From IMG/VR virus record IMGVR_UViG_3300021600_000005, positions 1 through 64,000 of that record: DNA of 64,000 bases; one strand, given 5' to 3'. Both the position numbers and the translations under genes were made by a program. Positions within the stretch are counted from its first letter, which is position 1; every line of letters begins with the position of its first letter. Below are positions 1 to 9,283 of the stretch, piece after piece. The notes under the pieces are model-generated. The model was not told the DNA's origin, ran no database searches, and saw only the letters and a list, made by a program, of their open reading frames with translations. Origin of the DNA: a virus.

Positions 1-82
1 CCTATTTTGAATTGGGGTCTATATGTAAAAAAAAAATTTTGGAAAAAATTTATATATATATGGGTTGGTATATTTATTATAG

Positions 83-784
83 ATGAAAAGATTAATTATA
101 ACAGAGGAAGAAAAGATAAGTATAAAAGGTTTATATGAACAAAAGGCTTTATTAAATATTTTAAAGGGACTTGGTAAAAACCTTGGTTTGGGGTTTGAAA
201 AAAAAGTTGGACTTGGGGTATCAAAACAAATTGCAAAATCCCCAACTAAAATAAAATTAAAACCGGTATTAGGTTTGGGTAAGGAACATATAGTATATGA
301 ATCTGCAATATTCCCTAATAAAATAATTAAAGTTGAATTAACACCAGGTACTATCAATAAGTGGTATACTATTTTTAACAATAGACCTGATATTTTTCCA
401 AAGATATATAAGACCATACAATTGGTTGATAAGGAAGGTAAAAAATTAACTGGTGTTGTTATGGAAAAATTAAACACTTCAAAATTTACAAAGTTGTGGT
501 ATGAGATTGAAGATGAAATGTATCTATTCTATAAAAACTCACCAACCTTAGATAAAGAAGGTTCATTGGAGGGGATTGTTAAATATATCAAAGAACCTAA
601 GGTTAAAAAACAATGGGAAGAACTTTTAATATATGTAAAGAAAGAAAAACCTGAGTTAAGTAAAAGTATTGATGAGTTTTCAAAAATGGTGAATGAGTTA
701 TATAAGATTAAAACAAATCCGGATATTAGAAAATATAATTTTGGTTATGACAATAACGGCGTTTTAAAATGTTTGGATATATAA
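83..784 (+). CDS. Protein-kinase-fold protein (Ser/Thr or APH-like kinase) with IITE leader
   Basis: Motifs in kinase order: Gly-rich LGLGKEHIVY, IIKV lysine, GVVMEKL hinge, DIRKYN catalytic loop, LKCLDI (DFG-equivalent). Confidence 0.6.
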   Translation: MKRLIITEEEKISIKGLYEQKALLNILKGLGKNLGLGFEKKVGLGVSKQIAKSPTKIKLKPVLGLGKEHIVYESAIFPNKIIKVELTPGTINKWYTIFNNRPDIFPKIYKTIQLVDKEGKKLTGVVMEKLNTSKFTKLWYEIEDEMYLFYKNSPTLDKEGSLEGIVKYIKEPKVKKQWEELLIYVKKEKPELSKSIDEFSKMVNELYKIKTNPDIRKYNFGYDNNGVLKCLDI

Positions 785-800
785 AAATGACATGTCTCCC

Positions 801-848
801 GGTCCAAACTCCCTTCGGTCGTGGTCAATCCCCCCGCCCCCTTTTTTT
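801..848. repeat. Intergenic C-rich motif GGTCCAAAC...GGTCGTRRTCAATCYCCCC...TTTTTT, copy 1
   Basis: Near-identical copies at 5183-5212 and 7654-7698. Confidence 0.7.
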
Positions 849-927
849 GGAATATGAAATATGAAAAAATTTTAATTCTTAACTATTGAACTTTAATGGT
901 AATTTATTATTTTTATAATAAAAAAAT

Positions 928-2250
928 ATGTCATTAAACTTAAAACATTACGATTTTATTGAGATTGGTACTTCAGATTTTGACACATTAATTGGGGACT
1001 CAAATGATGACACGGTTGGTATTAGTATTGAACCGATAAAATATTATATTAACAGATTACCCAATAAACAGAATGTAATAAAAGTTCAAGCTGCTTTATC
1101 TACAGAAGATGGTGAGGTTGATGTCTACTATATTGAGGATTGGAAAATAGAAAAAAATAATTTACCTTGGTGGGTTAGAGGTAGTAATTCAATTAATAAT
1201 GCCCACCCTTTCGTAATTAAAGAATTAGGTGAAGAATTATATAATAGTTTGGTTACCATAGAAAAAGTACCAACAATTAGTTGGGGAACATTAATTGACA
1301 CTTACGGTGTTGAGTCAATAGGTTATTTAAAAATTGACACTGAAGGACACGACCATATTATTTTTAGGGATTTTTTGAACTATTGTGAAAAACATTCATT
1401 TCCAATTCCAAGTAAGATAACATTAGAGTATCACGATGGGGTTTCAAATAAAATTGAGATTGATAAATTAATTTCGGAGTTATCCGGATATCACATTACC
1501 AATCACAATAGTGATATTACTTTAATTAAACCTCAAATTCCAAGAATAATTCATCAAACATTTAAAACAAATAATTTACCAACTGAATTAAATGTGGTTG
1601 TTAAAAGATTACAAGATATGAACCCCACTTTTGAATACCGATATTATGACGATGAGGGTTGTATTGAATTTATTAAAGAAAATTACGATGAGGAAACATT
1701 AAATCTTTATTTAAGTATCAATTCAATTTATGGGGCAGCAAGAGCAGATTTCTTTAGATATCTTTTAATGTACAAGGTTGGTGGTGTCTATTTAGATATT
1801 AAGAGTTGTACTACAATTCCATTGGAAGAAACGTTATTACCTACCGATGAATATTTGTTAACTCATTGGGAAGGTTTAGATTGGGCTGACGAATTAAATT
1901 ATCAATTTGGGGAATTTCAAAATTGGCATATCATTTGTCGACCTAAACATCCGTTCTTACATCGTGTTATTGAAATCGTTAAAGAAAATATTAAAAATTA
2001 TATTGATGGGGATAGTAAATTAGATGTGTTAAGAGTTACCGGACCTATTGCATATAGTCGAGGTATTCTTGAATTATTATCAACCCATAAAACAAACCAA
2101 TTTAATTCTCCGGTAAGAGAATTTTTATTGGAAAATGAGATTGGGTTAGGGTATGTTCAAACCTCAACACATCACTATCATATTTATGATAAATCATTCT
2201 CAAAAGATGAACCTTTAATTATAAAAGACGTTTTAGGTAAAACGGAGTAG
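928..2250 (+). CDS. FkbM-family methyltransferase fused to GT32-like (DXD) glycosyltransferase
   Basis: N-terminal FIEIG..., IEP, LKIDTEGHD; C-terminal IPRIIHQT, RADFFRY..GGVYLD, TGP. Confidence 0.8.
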   Translation: MSLNLKHYDFIEIGTSDFDTLIGDSNDDTVGISIEPIKYYINRLPNKQNVIKVQAALSTEDGEVDVYYIEDWKIEKNNLPWWVRGSNSINNAHPFVIKELGEELYNSLVTIEKVPTISWGTLIDTYGVESIGYLKIDTEGHDHIIFRDFLNYCEKHSFPIPSKITLEYHDGVSNKIEIDKLISELSGYHITNHNSDITLIKPQIPRIIHQTFKTNNLPTELNVVVKRLQDMNPTFEYRYYDDEGCIEFIKENYDEETLNLYLSINSIYGAARADFFRYLLMYKVGGVYLDIKSCTTIPLEETLLPTDEYLLTHWEGLDWADELNYQFGEFQNWHIICRPKHPFLHRVIEIVKENIKNYIDGDSKLDVLRVTGPIAYSRGILELLSTHKTNQFNSPVREFLLENEIGLGYVQTSTHHYHIYDKSFSKDEPLIIKDVLGKTE

Positions 2251-2300
2251 TCTTTTGATTTAATCCCCCCTTTTTTTGGGATTAAAGATATTTATTTGAT

Positions 2301-2669
2301 ATGAGAATTATTATTACGGAGAACAAGTTGGTGAATATGGTTAACAACACATTGGGGTATGACTTGTCGGATAAGATTGACATGATTACTGATTACTGGG
2401 ATGCCGATGTTCTTATACGCCGTATGTTTGAAAATAAAACAACATTTACCAAACTATTAAATCATTGGGGACCCATGTTTTGGATTAGTACCCCCAAGGA
2501 TGGTAGATGGTTGGCACAACAACGTGAAGGTCGTAAATGGTTTATTTTTAAAGGTGGTTGGGACCGGCGTTGGGGTATTGATGAACACCAATTATTATCT
2601 TATATGGGTCTTGGTATGTTTGGGGTGCCGCTTGATACTATTATTGATAACTTTGTAAAAGAAAAATAA
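2301..2669 (+). CDS. Hypothetical protein with IITE leader
   Basis: ORF; TATTTAT at 2289-2295; starts MRIIITEN. Confidence 0.6.
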   Translation: MRIIITENKLVNMVNNTLGYDLSDKIDMITDYWDADVLIRRMFENKTTFTKLLNHWGPMFWISTPKDGRWLAQQREGRKWFIFKGGWDRRWGIDEHQLLSYMGLGMFGVPLDTIIDNFVKEK

Positions 2670-2716
2670 AATGACACCCTCTTCAATAGAAGGAGGTTTT
2701 ATATACGTGAATAACA

Positions 2717-3484
2717 ATGACACTACAAGAAAACATACAAAGAATAAGGGAAATGATGATTTCCGAGGAGATGGTCCAATCGGATGCATGGAAATCAATC
2801 AAGAAAACATTAGACATTCTTAAAGAGAAAAAAAAGGTTTTAATTTTAAGTTGTTCCAATAGATATAATTTTGATGAAAAAAATATAGACATACCAAAGT
2901 CTAAGATGATAGCCATGTACCTTAATGATGAGTTGGGGGATAAGTCAGTATTGATTGATGTTCCAGAACTTAATATTGTTCCTTGTGAGGGTAATGTATC
3001 AAAAAAAGATGGTAATAGTTGTGGATTACTAAAATCAGCTCTTAAAGACAAGAAAAAGAACCCATCCGGAGACCATAGATGTTGGGCAAGTATTAACAAT
3101 CCAAAGGATGAGTTATGGAAGATATCCAAAGAGTTATTTGAATCGGATGCGGTTATATTCTTTAGTTCAATTAGATGGGGACAAACCAATATGTTCTACC
3201 AAAACTTAATTGAAAGATTAAATTGGATTGAAAATAGACACACAACATTGGGGGAATCAAATATAGTAAAAGACATTGAGACTGGGTTCATTTGTGTTGG
3301 TCAGAATTGGAATGGGGAGAACGTCACTAAAATACAAAAGGATGTTCATAAGTTCTACGGATTCAAACCAAACGATGATTTATATTGGAACTGGCAGTAT
3401 ACCAAAAATGTGAATGATGAAACTCAAAAATCATATAAGGATTCATATAAGAAGTTTATTAAAGATACTAAATTACCTAAATAA
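2717..3484 (+). CDS. Flavodoxin-like NAD(P)H-dependent FMN reductase family protein with LQE leader
   Basis: VLILSCSNR, PCEGNVS...C, DELWKISKELFESDAVIFFSSIRWG, LIERL. Confidence 0.7.
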   Translation: MTLQENIQRIREMMISEEMVQSDAWKSIKKTLDILKEKKKVLILSCSNRYNFDEKNIDIPKSKMIAMYLNDELGDKSVLIDVPELNIVPCEGNVSKKDGNSCGLLKSALKDKKKNPSGDHRCWASINNPKDELWKISKELFESDAVIFFSSIRWGQTNMFYQNLIERLNWIENRHTTLGESNIVKDIETGFICVGQNWNGENVTKIQKDVHKFYGFKPNDDLYWNWQYTKNVNDETQKSYKDSYKKFIKDTKLPK

Positions 3485-3562
3485 TAATTTTCCATTCACT
3501 ATTGTTTATTTTTCTTTTTCTAAAGAATGTAAGTGATATATTTATTATTAAACAATTTTAAT

Positions 3563-4141
3563 ATGGGAAAGATTATTAAACTTACAGAAGGAGATTTGAT
3601 TAAATTAATAAAACGTGTTCTTGAGGAAGGGGAAATCACTGAGAAGTGTTGGTCTGGTTATAAACAAAAAGGGATGAAGACCATGTATGGAAAACGATAT
3701 CCAAATTGTGTAAAGAATGAATCTGAAGATGTGGAAACAAATGAAGCGTCAAGTCCTGCTCAACAATCTGCCATCGCCATCAATATGAAAAAGAAGGGAT
3801 TTAAACCCAAAAATGAAAGTTTATATGAGGACGAATATGGTTCGGTTGAATTGGTTAACTATAGTGAAGAATTTATCAATGAGGCGGTATATCATGGACG
3901 TAAGGTTCAACTTGGAAAGATTATGCAAGGCGACATAAAAAAGTCCAAGGTGTATGTTAAAAATGATAAGGGTAAAGTTGTTAAGGTTAACTTTGGGTTT
4001 GGTGGAAAATCTGCTCATGGTAAACGAATGGTCATTAAAAAAAATAATCCCGCTAGACGTAAATCTTTTAGAGCTCGTATGAAATGTGATACTCCAGGTC
4101 CAAGATGGAAACCAAGATATTGGGCATGTCGAACTTGGTAA
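3563..4141 (+). CDS. Conserved basic phage protein (CWxGY..PNCV and RRKSFRARxxC modules)
   Basis: ATG at 3563 after TATTTAT; MGKIIKLTEGDL leader; motifs recalled from large myophage hypothetical proteins. Confidence 0.6.
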   Translation: MGKIIKLTEGDLIKLIKRVLEEGEITEKCWSGYKQKGMKTMYGKRYPNCVKNESEDVETNEASSPAQQSAIAINMKKKGFKPKNESLYEDEYGSVELVNYSEEFINEAVYHGRKVQLGKIMQGDIKKSKVYVKNDKGKVVKVNFGFGGKSAHGKRMVIKKNNPARRKSFRARMKCDTPGPRWKPRYWACRTW

Positions 4142-4150
4142 TAAATTATT

Positions 4151-4181
4151 AACCCCATCTCTAATAAAGGTGGGGTTTTTT
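4151..4181 (+). terminator. Intrinsic terminator (identical copy at 4605-4635)
   Basis: AACCCCATCT-CTAATAA-AGGTGGGGTT followed by a T tract. Confidence 0.8.
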
Positions 4182-4215
4182 GTTTTATGTTATATTTATA
4201 TATAAAATATATATT

Positions 4216-4584
4216 ATGAAACATTTATTAAATAATTTAACGGAGCAAGAAAAAAATTCAATCCGTGAACAACATACAGGGGGAATGAAAGTGAGTAATT
4301 ACAGATTTAAGGAATTATTAGAAAATAAATTGGGTAACTCTAAACCATTGGTTGAAAAATTTTACGATGAGGATGACACCGATTTTGAGGATGAAGAACT
4401 TTATAGTGGAGCTCCTGAAAGACTAGTTAAACATATGGATAGTGGTAAAATTGTTGGTACACATAAACATGGTGTAGGTTATACTCCTAATGAACATGGA
4501 ATACGTTTGGGACATTCAAGTCACCCCACTTCAATTCCTAATTTTACAAAATTTGACGATGAGGACGATTACGATTTTGAGTAA
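4216..4584 (+). CDS. Hypothetical acidic protein with LTEQEKNSIREQH leader
   Basis: ORF; TATTTAT at 4193. Confidence 0.6.
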   Translation: MKHLLNNLTEQEKNSIREQHTGGMKVSNYRFKELLENKLGNSKPLVEKFYDEDDTDFEDEELYSGAPERLVKHMDSGKIVGTHKHGVGYTPNEHGIRLGHSSHPTSIPNFTKFDDEDDYDFE

Positions 4585-4604
4585 TTAACAACCTTGTACC
4601 TATT

Positions 4605-4635
4605 AACCCCATCTCTAATAAAGGTGGGGTTTTTT
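4605..4635 (+). terminator. Intrinsic terminator, duplicate of 4151-4181
   Basis: Same hairpin plus T tract. Confidence 0.8.
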
Positions 4636-4652
4636 ATTTAAATAATATTTCT

Positions 4653-4660
4653 TATATTTG
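4653..4660 (+). promoter_or_regulatory. Bacteroidetes-type -7 promoter element (TAnnTTTG)
   Basis: TATATTTG 4 nt before ATG 4665. Confidence 0.6.
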
Positions 4661-4664
4661 TATT

Positions 4665-5132
4665 ATGATATCTGAAAAATTAAAATCAATTATATTTGAT
4701 AAGTTATATCAGGATTTAAAACATTGTGAGATAATTTCTTACGATAAAAGTATATTTTTTATTGATAGGGATAATAAGTATTGGTATTTTGAATATGAAA
4801 AGGGTGGGACATTATGGTGGAGATACACATTCTTTAATGTTTTTTTTCAATTATTTTCTATAACATATAAGGAATTCCAACCCGTTCTTGGTGAGTGGGT
4901 GGAAGAGGTATTAAATTGTAAGGTATTAACAACAACCAGAAGCCACCTAAACGCTTCCAAATGGATGGAAGAGGTATTAAATTGTAAGGTATTAACAACC
5001 ATAAAAACGTGGCACAACCATTCTATTATGGTGGAAGAGGTATTAAATTGTAAGGTATTAACAACCAAAGGAACCCCCTACCTTGAAAAACATTTGGAAG
5101 ATGTGTTAAATTATAATGAATCTAAAACTTAA
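4665..5132 (+). CDS. Small protein whose C-terminus reads through a CRISPR-like array (WVEEVLNCKVLTT family)
   Basis: Homologous to the MKINITKTQ paralogues; 22-aa periodic C-terminus. Confidence 0.75.
   Translation: MISEKLKSIIFDKLYQDLKHCEIISYDKSIFFIDRDNKYWYFEYEKGGTLWWRYTFFNVFFQLFSITYKEFQPVLGEWVEEVLNCKVLTTTRSHLNASKWMEEVLNCKVLTTIKTWHNHSIMVEEVLNCKVLTTKGTPYLEKHLEDVLNYNESKT
4898..5128. CRISPR. Gene-embedded CRISPR-like mini-array: three 36-nt repeats, one degenerate repeat, spacers of 30/30/27 nt
   Basis: G(G/A)TGGAAGAGGTATTAAATTGTAAGGTATTAACAAC at 4898-4933, 4964-4999, 5030-5065; degenerate copy 5093-5128; spacers mutually unrelated. Confidence 0.6.
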
Positions 5133-5271
5133 GAATCGTTTTGTATAATAGCCTTATTTATTAGGTAATTGATATCTCGCACGGTCGTAATCAATCCCCC
5201 ACCCCTTTTTTTAAAGATTGTATATTATTCATTTGAAAAAGAATGTAAGTAATGTATTTATAGATATTATT

Positions 5272-5703
5272 ATGAACCTACAAGAACAAATATCAAAAAT
5301 ACAATCAATGATGGGGAAGAAAAAAGATTCTTCCGTTAAGGTTTTTAATTACAAAAACTACACACTTATTCTGTCTAAAAATCCTTGTGATATATTTACA
5401 CATTTTAAAGTAGAAGATTTACACGGACTAAACTATCAAAAATGTTTGAAACATAAAAATACAAAAGAAAGCGCATATATTGCGGGGCTCACAAATAAAT
5501 CACCAAAAACAAAAAAAGATTTTTTATTTTTAAACTTAAATAGATTAGGTAAAGATGAAGAAAAGATGGGGCTAATTATGCACGAGACAATGCACTTATC
5601 ATTAGAGTTACACAAACATGATGTTAATAAAAAAGAAGAAGAAATAATTACTTGGGCAGAAAAAGAGGCTTATAAAATTTATAATATTATAAAAAAATTA
5701 TGA
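5272..5703 (+). CDS. HExxH putative zinc metallopeptidase with LQE leader
   Basis: LIMHETMH...EEE; ATG 5272 after TATTTAT 5255. Confidence 0.55.
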   Translation: MNLQEQISKIQSMMGKKKDSSVKVFNYKNYTLILSKNPCDIFTHFKVEDLHGLNYQKCLKHKNTKESAYIAGLTNKSPKTKKDFLFLNLNRLGKDEEKMGLIMHETMHLSLELHKHDVNKKEEEIITWAEKEAYKIYNIIKKL

Positions 5704-6359
5704 ACCTACAAGAGAACATACAAAGGATTAAATCCATGATGGGATTACTTGTTGAAGAACAACAACGGTCCTATGAAAGTAAACCAATTATTTTGATTGG
5801 ACCTCAAGGAACGGGTAAATCAACTACCGCAAAGGCTTTATCTAAAAAGTTAGGAATTCCATTAGTTACGACTGATATGTCGATGATTGATAAAAAGTAT
5901 GTGAATTTATGTAAAGACGAGCCAGGTGTAGAAGTAAAAATTAAAGAACATCCAACATTAGGAACATACAATGAATCAAATGACGAATATGTTTTTTGTG
6001 TATTAAATAAATTAATGGATGAATATGGTGATAAACAAATTGTTTTAGATGTAGGTGGAACCCACGCATATGCTAGTGAAAAACTATCCTCCGATATTAT
6101 AAAACTATATAGTCAATCACCTAATTTATTTGTGTTTAATGTAAGTGGTGATGAAGATGAGACTTATGAGTTTTTAAAAAAGAGACGTGAAGGTAGAGGT
6201 GAAGAAACTAAAGGTGAGGATGATAAAAAATTCAGAGACACGATTGATAAGTTGAAGAATTATTATAAAGGAACTCAAAAAATATCAATCATAAAGAAAG
6301 ATAAATCTGAAAAAACAACTGATGAATTAGTTGATGAAATAATGACAAAATTATCTTAA
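5700..6359 (+). CDS. Shikimate/NMP-kinase-like P-loop protein
   Basis: IILIGPQGTGKSTTAKALSKKLG..TD; VLDVGGT; KRR lid. Confidence 0.7.
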   Translation: MNLQENIQRIKSMMGLLVEEQQRSYESKPIILIGPQGTGKSTTAKALSKKLGIPLVTTDMSMIDKKYVNLCKDEPGVEVKIKEHPTLGTYNESNDEYVFCVLNKLMDEYGDKQIVLDVGGTHAYASEKLSSDIIKLYSQSPNLFVFNVSGDEDETYEFLKKRREGRGEETKGEDDKKFRDTIDKLKNYYKGTQKISIIKKDKSEKTTDELVDEIMTKLS

Positions 6360-6360
6360 A

Positions 6361-7009
6361 ATGAACCTACAAGAAACCATAAGAAGAATATTAAGGGAAG
6401 AAAGAAAACCATCTAATTTTTTAAGAAGAAGAGTGGAAATGTTGGATTATGAAGTCGAATCTAATTTTTATGAAATTGAACATAGAATAGAGACGTACAG
6501 TGGTATTGATATATGTATAATATATAAAAACGGGGTAAGCTTATTTGAAACAATTATGGAGAATTCAATTAGTAATATGTATTATAATCATTATTCTAAT
6601 ATAGATGATAATTATGATAATTCAAAAGAATGGGCCCATGAATATCTTGATATGGTTAATTATATTAGAAACAAATACCAAGACAAAATAATAAAGTATT
6701 ACGAAGATAATTGTCCCTCTCCAAAATTAAAGTAATATGAAATATATCATAACTGAATCTCAAAATAATAAATGGTGGTTATTACGAAGACATGATATTG
6801 TAAATCATTCTTTTAAAAAAGCCATTTCAACTATCAATCCTTGTGGTGAAAAATCATTTGATACGTTTAAATATAAAATTTATCGAGTTTTTAATTTTTA
6901 TATGAGTATGATGGATAATGAAATTTCTGATTATGATGAAGTAAAATTTGTGTTTATTGAAATGTTTAATGATAAGTTAACTGAGATATATGATAATAAA
7001 GAATGTTAG
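6361..7009 (+). CDS. Two small paralogous hypothetical proteins (6361-6735, 6737-7009), LRRR..PC family
   Basis: ORFs with LQE/ITE leaders, LRR motif and terminal Y...C. Confidence 0.55.
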
Positions 7010-7060
7010 AATCTGTTAATTAATTGTGAGTTTGATATATTTATATAATAAATATATATT

Positions 7061-7558
7061 ATGAAAAAAATTATAAGATTAACTGAATCCGATTTAATGA
7101 GATTGGTTAAAAGAGTTATTAATGAACAAATTAAAACCAGTAATGGACCATCAAAGCCTACTGATTCTTACAAAGGGAAAACGGTTAACTTTTATGCAGA
7201 TAATGATAATAAAATGTTTTTTAAAACTGGTGAAATTATTGATGTTTATTCGAAAAGAAATGGTGAAATTAGGTTGGAAATTAATTTTAAAAATTTAAAA
7301 CCTGGCACGCCAACCAGTGAATTTGTGGGAGATACAAGACTTAAATTTAATTGCGCTTTTTCGAACAATGGTTTTGGGGAAGTTAGCACAACAGGCGTTT
7401 TTGGAAAACTTAATCCAAAAATTGCTTATTCGAACTCTTTATCAGATAAATTAAAGAAAGACTTTTGTATGACAAATAAATCCGGAGTACAAGTTCCAAA
7501 GGCAGACTTTGCTTCTACAAACGATTCTCAAGATGATTCTCAAGATGATTTAAGTTAG
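7061..7558 (+). CDS. Hypothetical protein with MKKIIRLTESDL leader
   Basis: First 23 aa nearly identical to 9284-9826; remainder unrelated. Confidence 0.65.
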   Translation: MKKIIRLTESDLMRLVKRVINEQIKTSNGPSKPTDSYKGKTVNFYADNDNKMFFKTGEIIDVYSKRNGEIRLEINFKNLKPGTPTSEFVGDTRLKFNCAFSNNGFGEVSTTGVFGKLNPKIAYSNSLSDKLKKDFCMTNKSGVQVPKADFASTNDSQDDSQDDLS

Positions 7559-7733
7559 TAGATTAAAATAACAACTAAAGAATATTATTAAACATTATTA
7601 CCCACCCCATAAAGGTGGGTTTTTGTTTTATATTGTATTTTGTTAACTTGTATGGTCCAAACCCCCCCTTTGGTCGTAATCAATCTCCCCCCTTTTTTCC
7701 AAACTTTTTCTGTTGCGTTTATATTTATGTTAT

Positions 7734-8687
7734 ATGCAAAGATTTATTATAACTGAAGAGGATAAAAGAAACATACTTGGAATGTATGGTTTAATTAATG
7801 AACAAAACTCAGAACCCCCAATATGTTCAAATACAGGGTGTAAAGGAACTTATACAGGTCCTGAATTTGAAAATGATAATGATATAGCCCATGATTATTC
7901 AAATGTAATTACTAAATCCGTGGCGGCTAAATTAAAAGAACTTTACAAAAGTGGAGATTACGTTAAAGTAAACTTTGACGGAATTAAATTATCTACAAAA
8001 GGAATGGGTACGGGAAATGTGGTCTACGAAGTAGAAATACCTTTTGAAAGTGTTAATAATAAATGTGATGCAAGGACAGGATTTGCTCATGTGGGTGGAT
8101 GGGGACATCCCGGAGCCGGAGTTAACAAAAGAAAAGAAGAGATTTTTAATGATACTACAAAAGATTCTGTTAGAACAAATCCTGTGGTAGGAACAATTAA
8201 TGATATGGAATTCTCAAAAAAAACATCAACAGATGAAGGTCTTGTCGAATATTGGATTCAATGGAAACATTCTTCATTACAAAGTGATTGTGGTCAAAAA
8301 ACTACAAACGGAACATCAGAAAAAGAAAAAGTAACAACAAGTACAGATGAAAAAAAATCAGGTGCTAATTTTAGAAGTGATAGTTTAAGTGGGTTAATAA
8401 ATCAAATTAACCAAGGAGAATTGGTTGATAGTAAAACAAACGGATTTGATTTAAGTAAACCAGTTACTATAGATTTCAAAGAGCATATATATATGTTACA
8501 CGCTCCTGGAGGTAAAGATGGGTTCTTCACTTTAAAATTAGCGTTGAACATTTCTAAGGAACATGAATTAGGACAGTTCCCATCTAAAAAATCTTTAGAA
8601 AACCAAGGTTATACAGTTTGGGATGATGGAACATTCCAACTAAAAGGAGAAGGTGTAAGAGATTGGGCGTTAATGTATAAAAAATAA
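7734..8687 (+). CDS. Hypothetical protein with IITEEDK leader
   Basis: ATG 7734 after TATTTAT 7722. Confidence 0.6.
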   Translation: MQRFIITEEDKRNILGMYGLINEQNSEPPICSNTGCKGTYTGPEFENDNDIAHDYSNVITKSVAAKLKELYKSGDYVKVNFDGIKLSTKGMGTGNVVYEVEIPFESVNNKCDARTGFAHVGGWGHPGAGVNKRKEEIFNDTTKDSVRTNPVVGTINDMEFSKKTSTDEGLVEYWIQWKHSSLQSDCGQKTTNGTSEKEKVTTSTDEKKSGANFRSDSLSGLINQINQGELVDSKTNGFDLSKPVTIDFKEHIYMLHAPGGKDGFFTLKLALNISKEHELGQFPSKKSLENQGYTVWDDGTFQLKGEGVRDWALMYKK

Positions 8688-8798
8688 CCTAATAGTTTAA
8701 TCCTAGATAAAGGTGGGGTTTTTGTTTTACACTTGACAATTAAAAAAATAATTAAAAATAAATTTGGATATATTAATTTCATTTAATATCTTTACAGT

Positions 8799-9260
8799 AT
8801 GAAAAATATATCGATAACATTAATATTAGTTGTTTTATCAACTATTGGTTTTGGACAAACCCCTTTTAAAAGTTTAACAGTTCACATAGATACCACACAA
8901 TTTATGTCTTGGGAATTAGGTTTGAATTATAAAACGGCAAAAGACCAAAATAAAATAAAAAATGAAAAACTTTATCTTTTTAATCATAATATTATTGTTG
9001 ATTTAATATCCAAAACGGTAACCGTTTTTTCGGTAACTGAAAACACAGTAAACGATGTATGGAAACTTAAAAGTTTTGAAGTTTATAAAACAGGGTACTT
9101 TTTTGAATTCTGGGAAGAAGGAATTGTTCAAAATTACAAAGCGTTGATTTGTGAAAATGTAGGGGGAACCTATTCATTTATAGAACAAGACGGTTTAAAT
9201 AAAAAAACTAAAATATGTGGGGGACAATATGATAGGGATGTAAAAATTACTATAAAATAA
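8799..9260 (+). CDS. Secreted hypothetical protein
   Basis: Signal peptide MKNISITLILVVLSTIGFG-Q (Bacteroidetes Q-rule-like cleavage). Confidence 0.6.
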   Translation: MKNISITLILVVLSTIGFGQTPFKSLTVHIDTTQFMSWELGLNYKTAKDQNKIKNEKLYLFNHNIIVDLISKTVTVFSVTENTVNDVWKLKSFEVYKTGYFFEFWEEGIVQNYKALICENVGGTYSFIEQDGLNKKTKICGGQYDRDVKITIK

Positions 9261-9283
9261 AAAAGGGGAATTACATTCCTTTT

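Noticed and set aside
19-477. Antisense/shadow ORFs (also 2683-3189, 4847-5068, 28795-29189, 32369-32722, 40898-41278, 50849-51229, 53324-53596, 56422-56736)
   Set aside because: They overlap better-supported genes on the opposite strand and lack motifs or promoters.
4898-5128. TIGR array or complete CRISPR-Cas locus
   Set aside because: The unit is 66 nt with one spacer, not a 36-nt dual-spacer unit. No Nop-domain or cas gene is recognisable nearby, and no protospacer was spotted by eye within the window.
7522-7550. 12-nt tandem repeat GATTCTCAAGAT; similar short duplications in 36509-37180 and 37862-38209
   Set aside because: Simple slippage in low-complexity coding regions.
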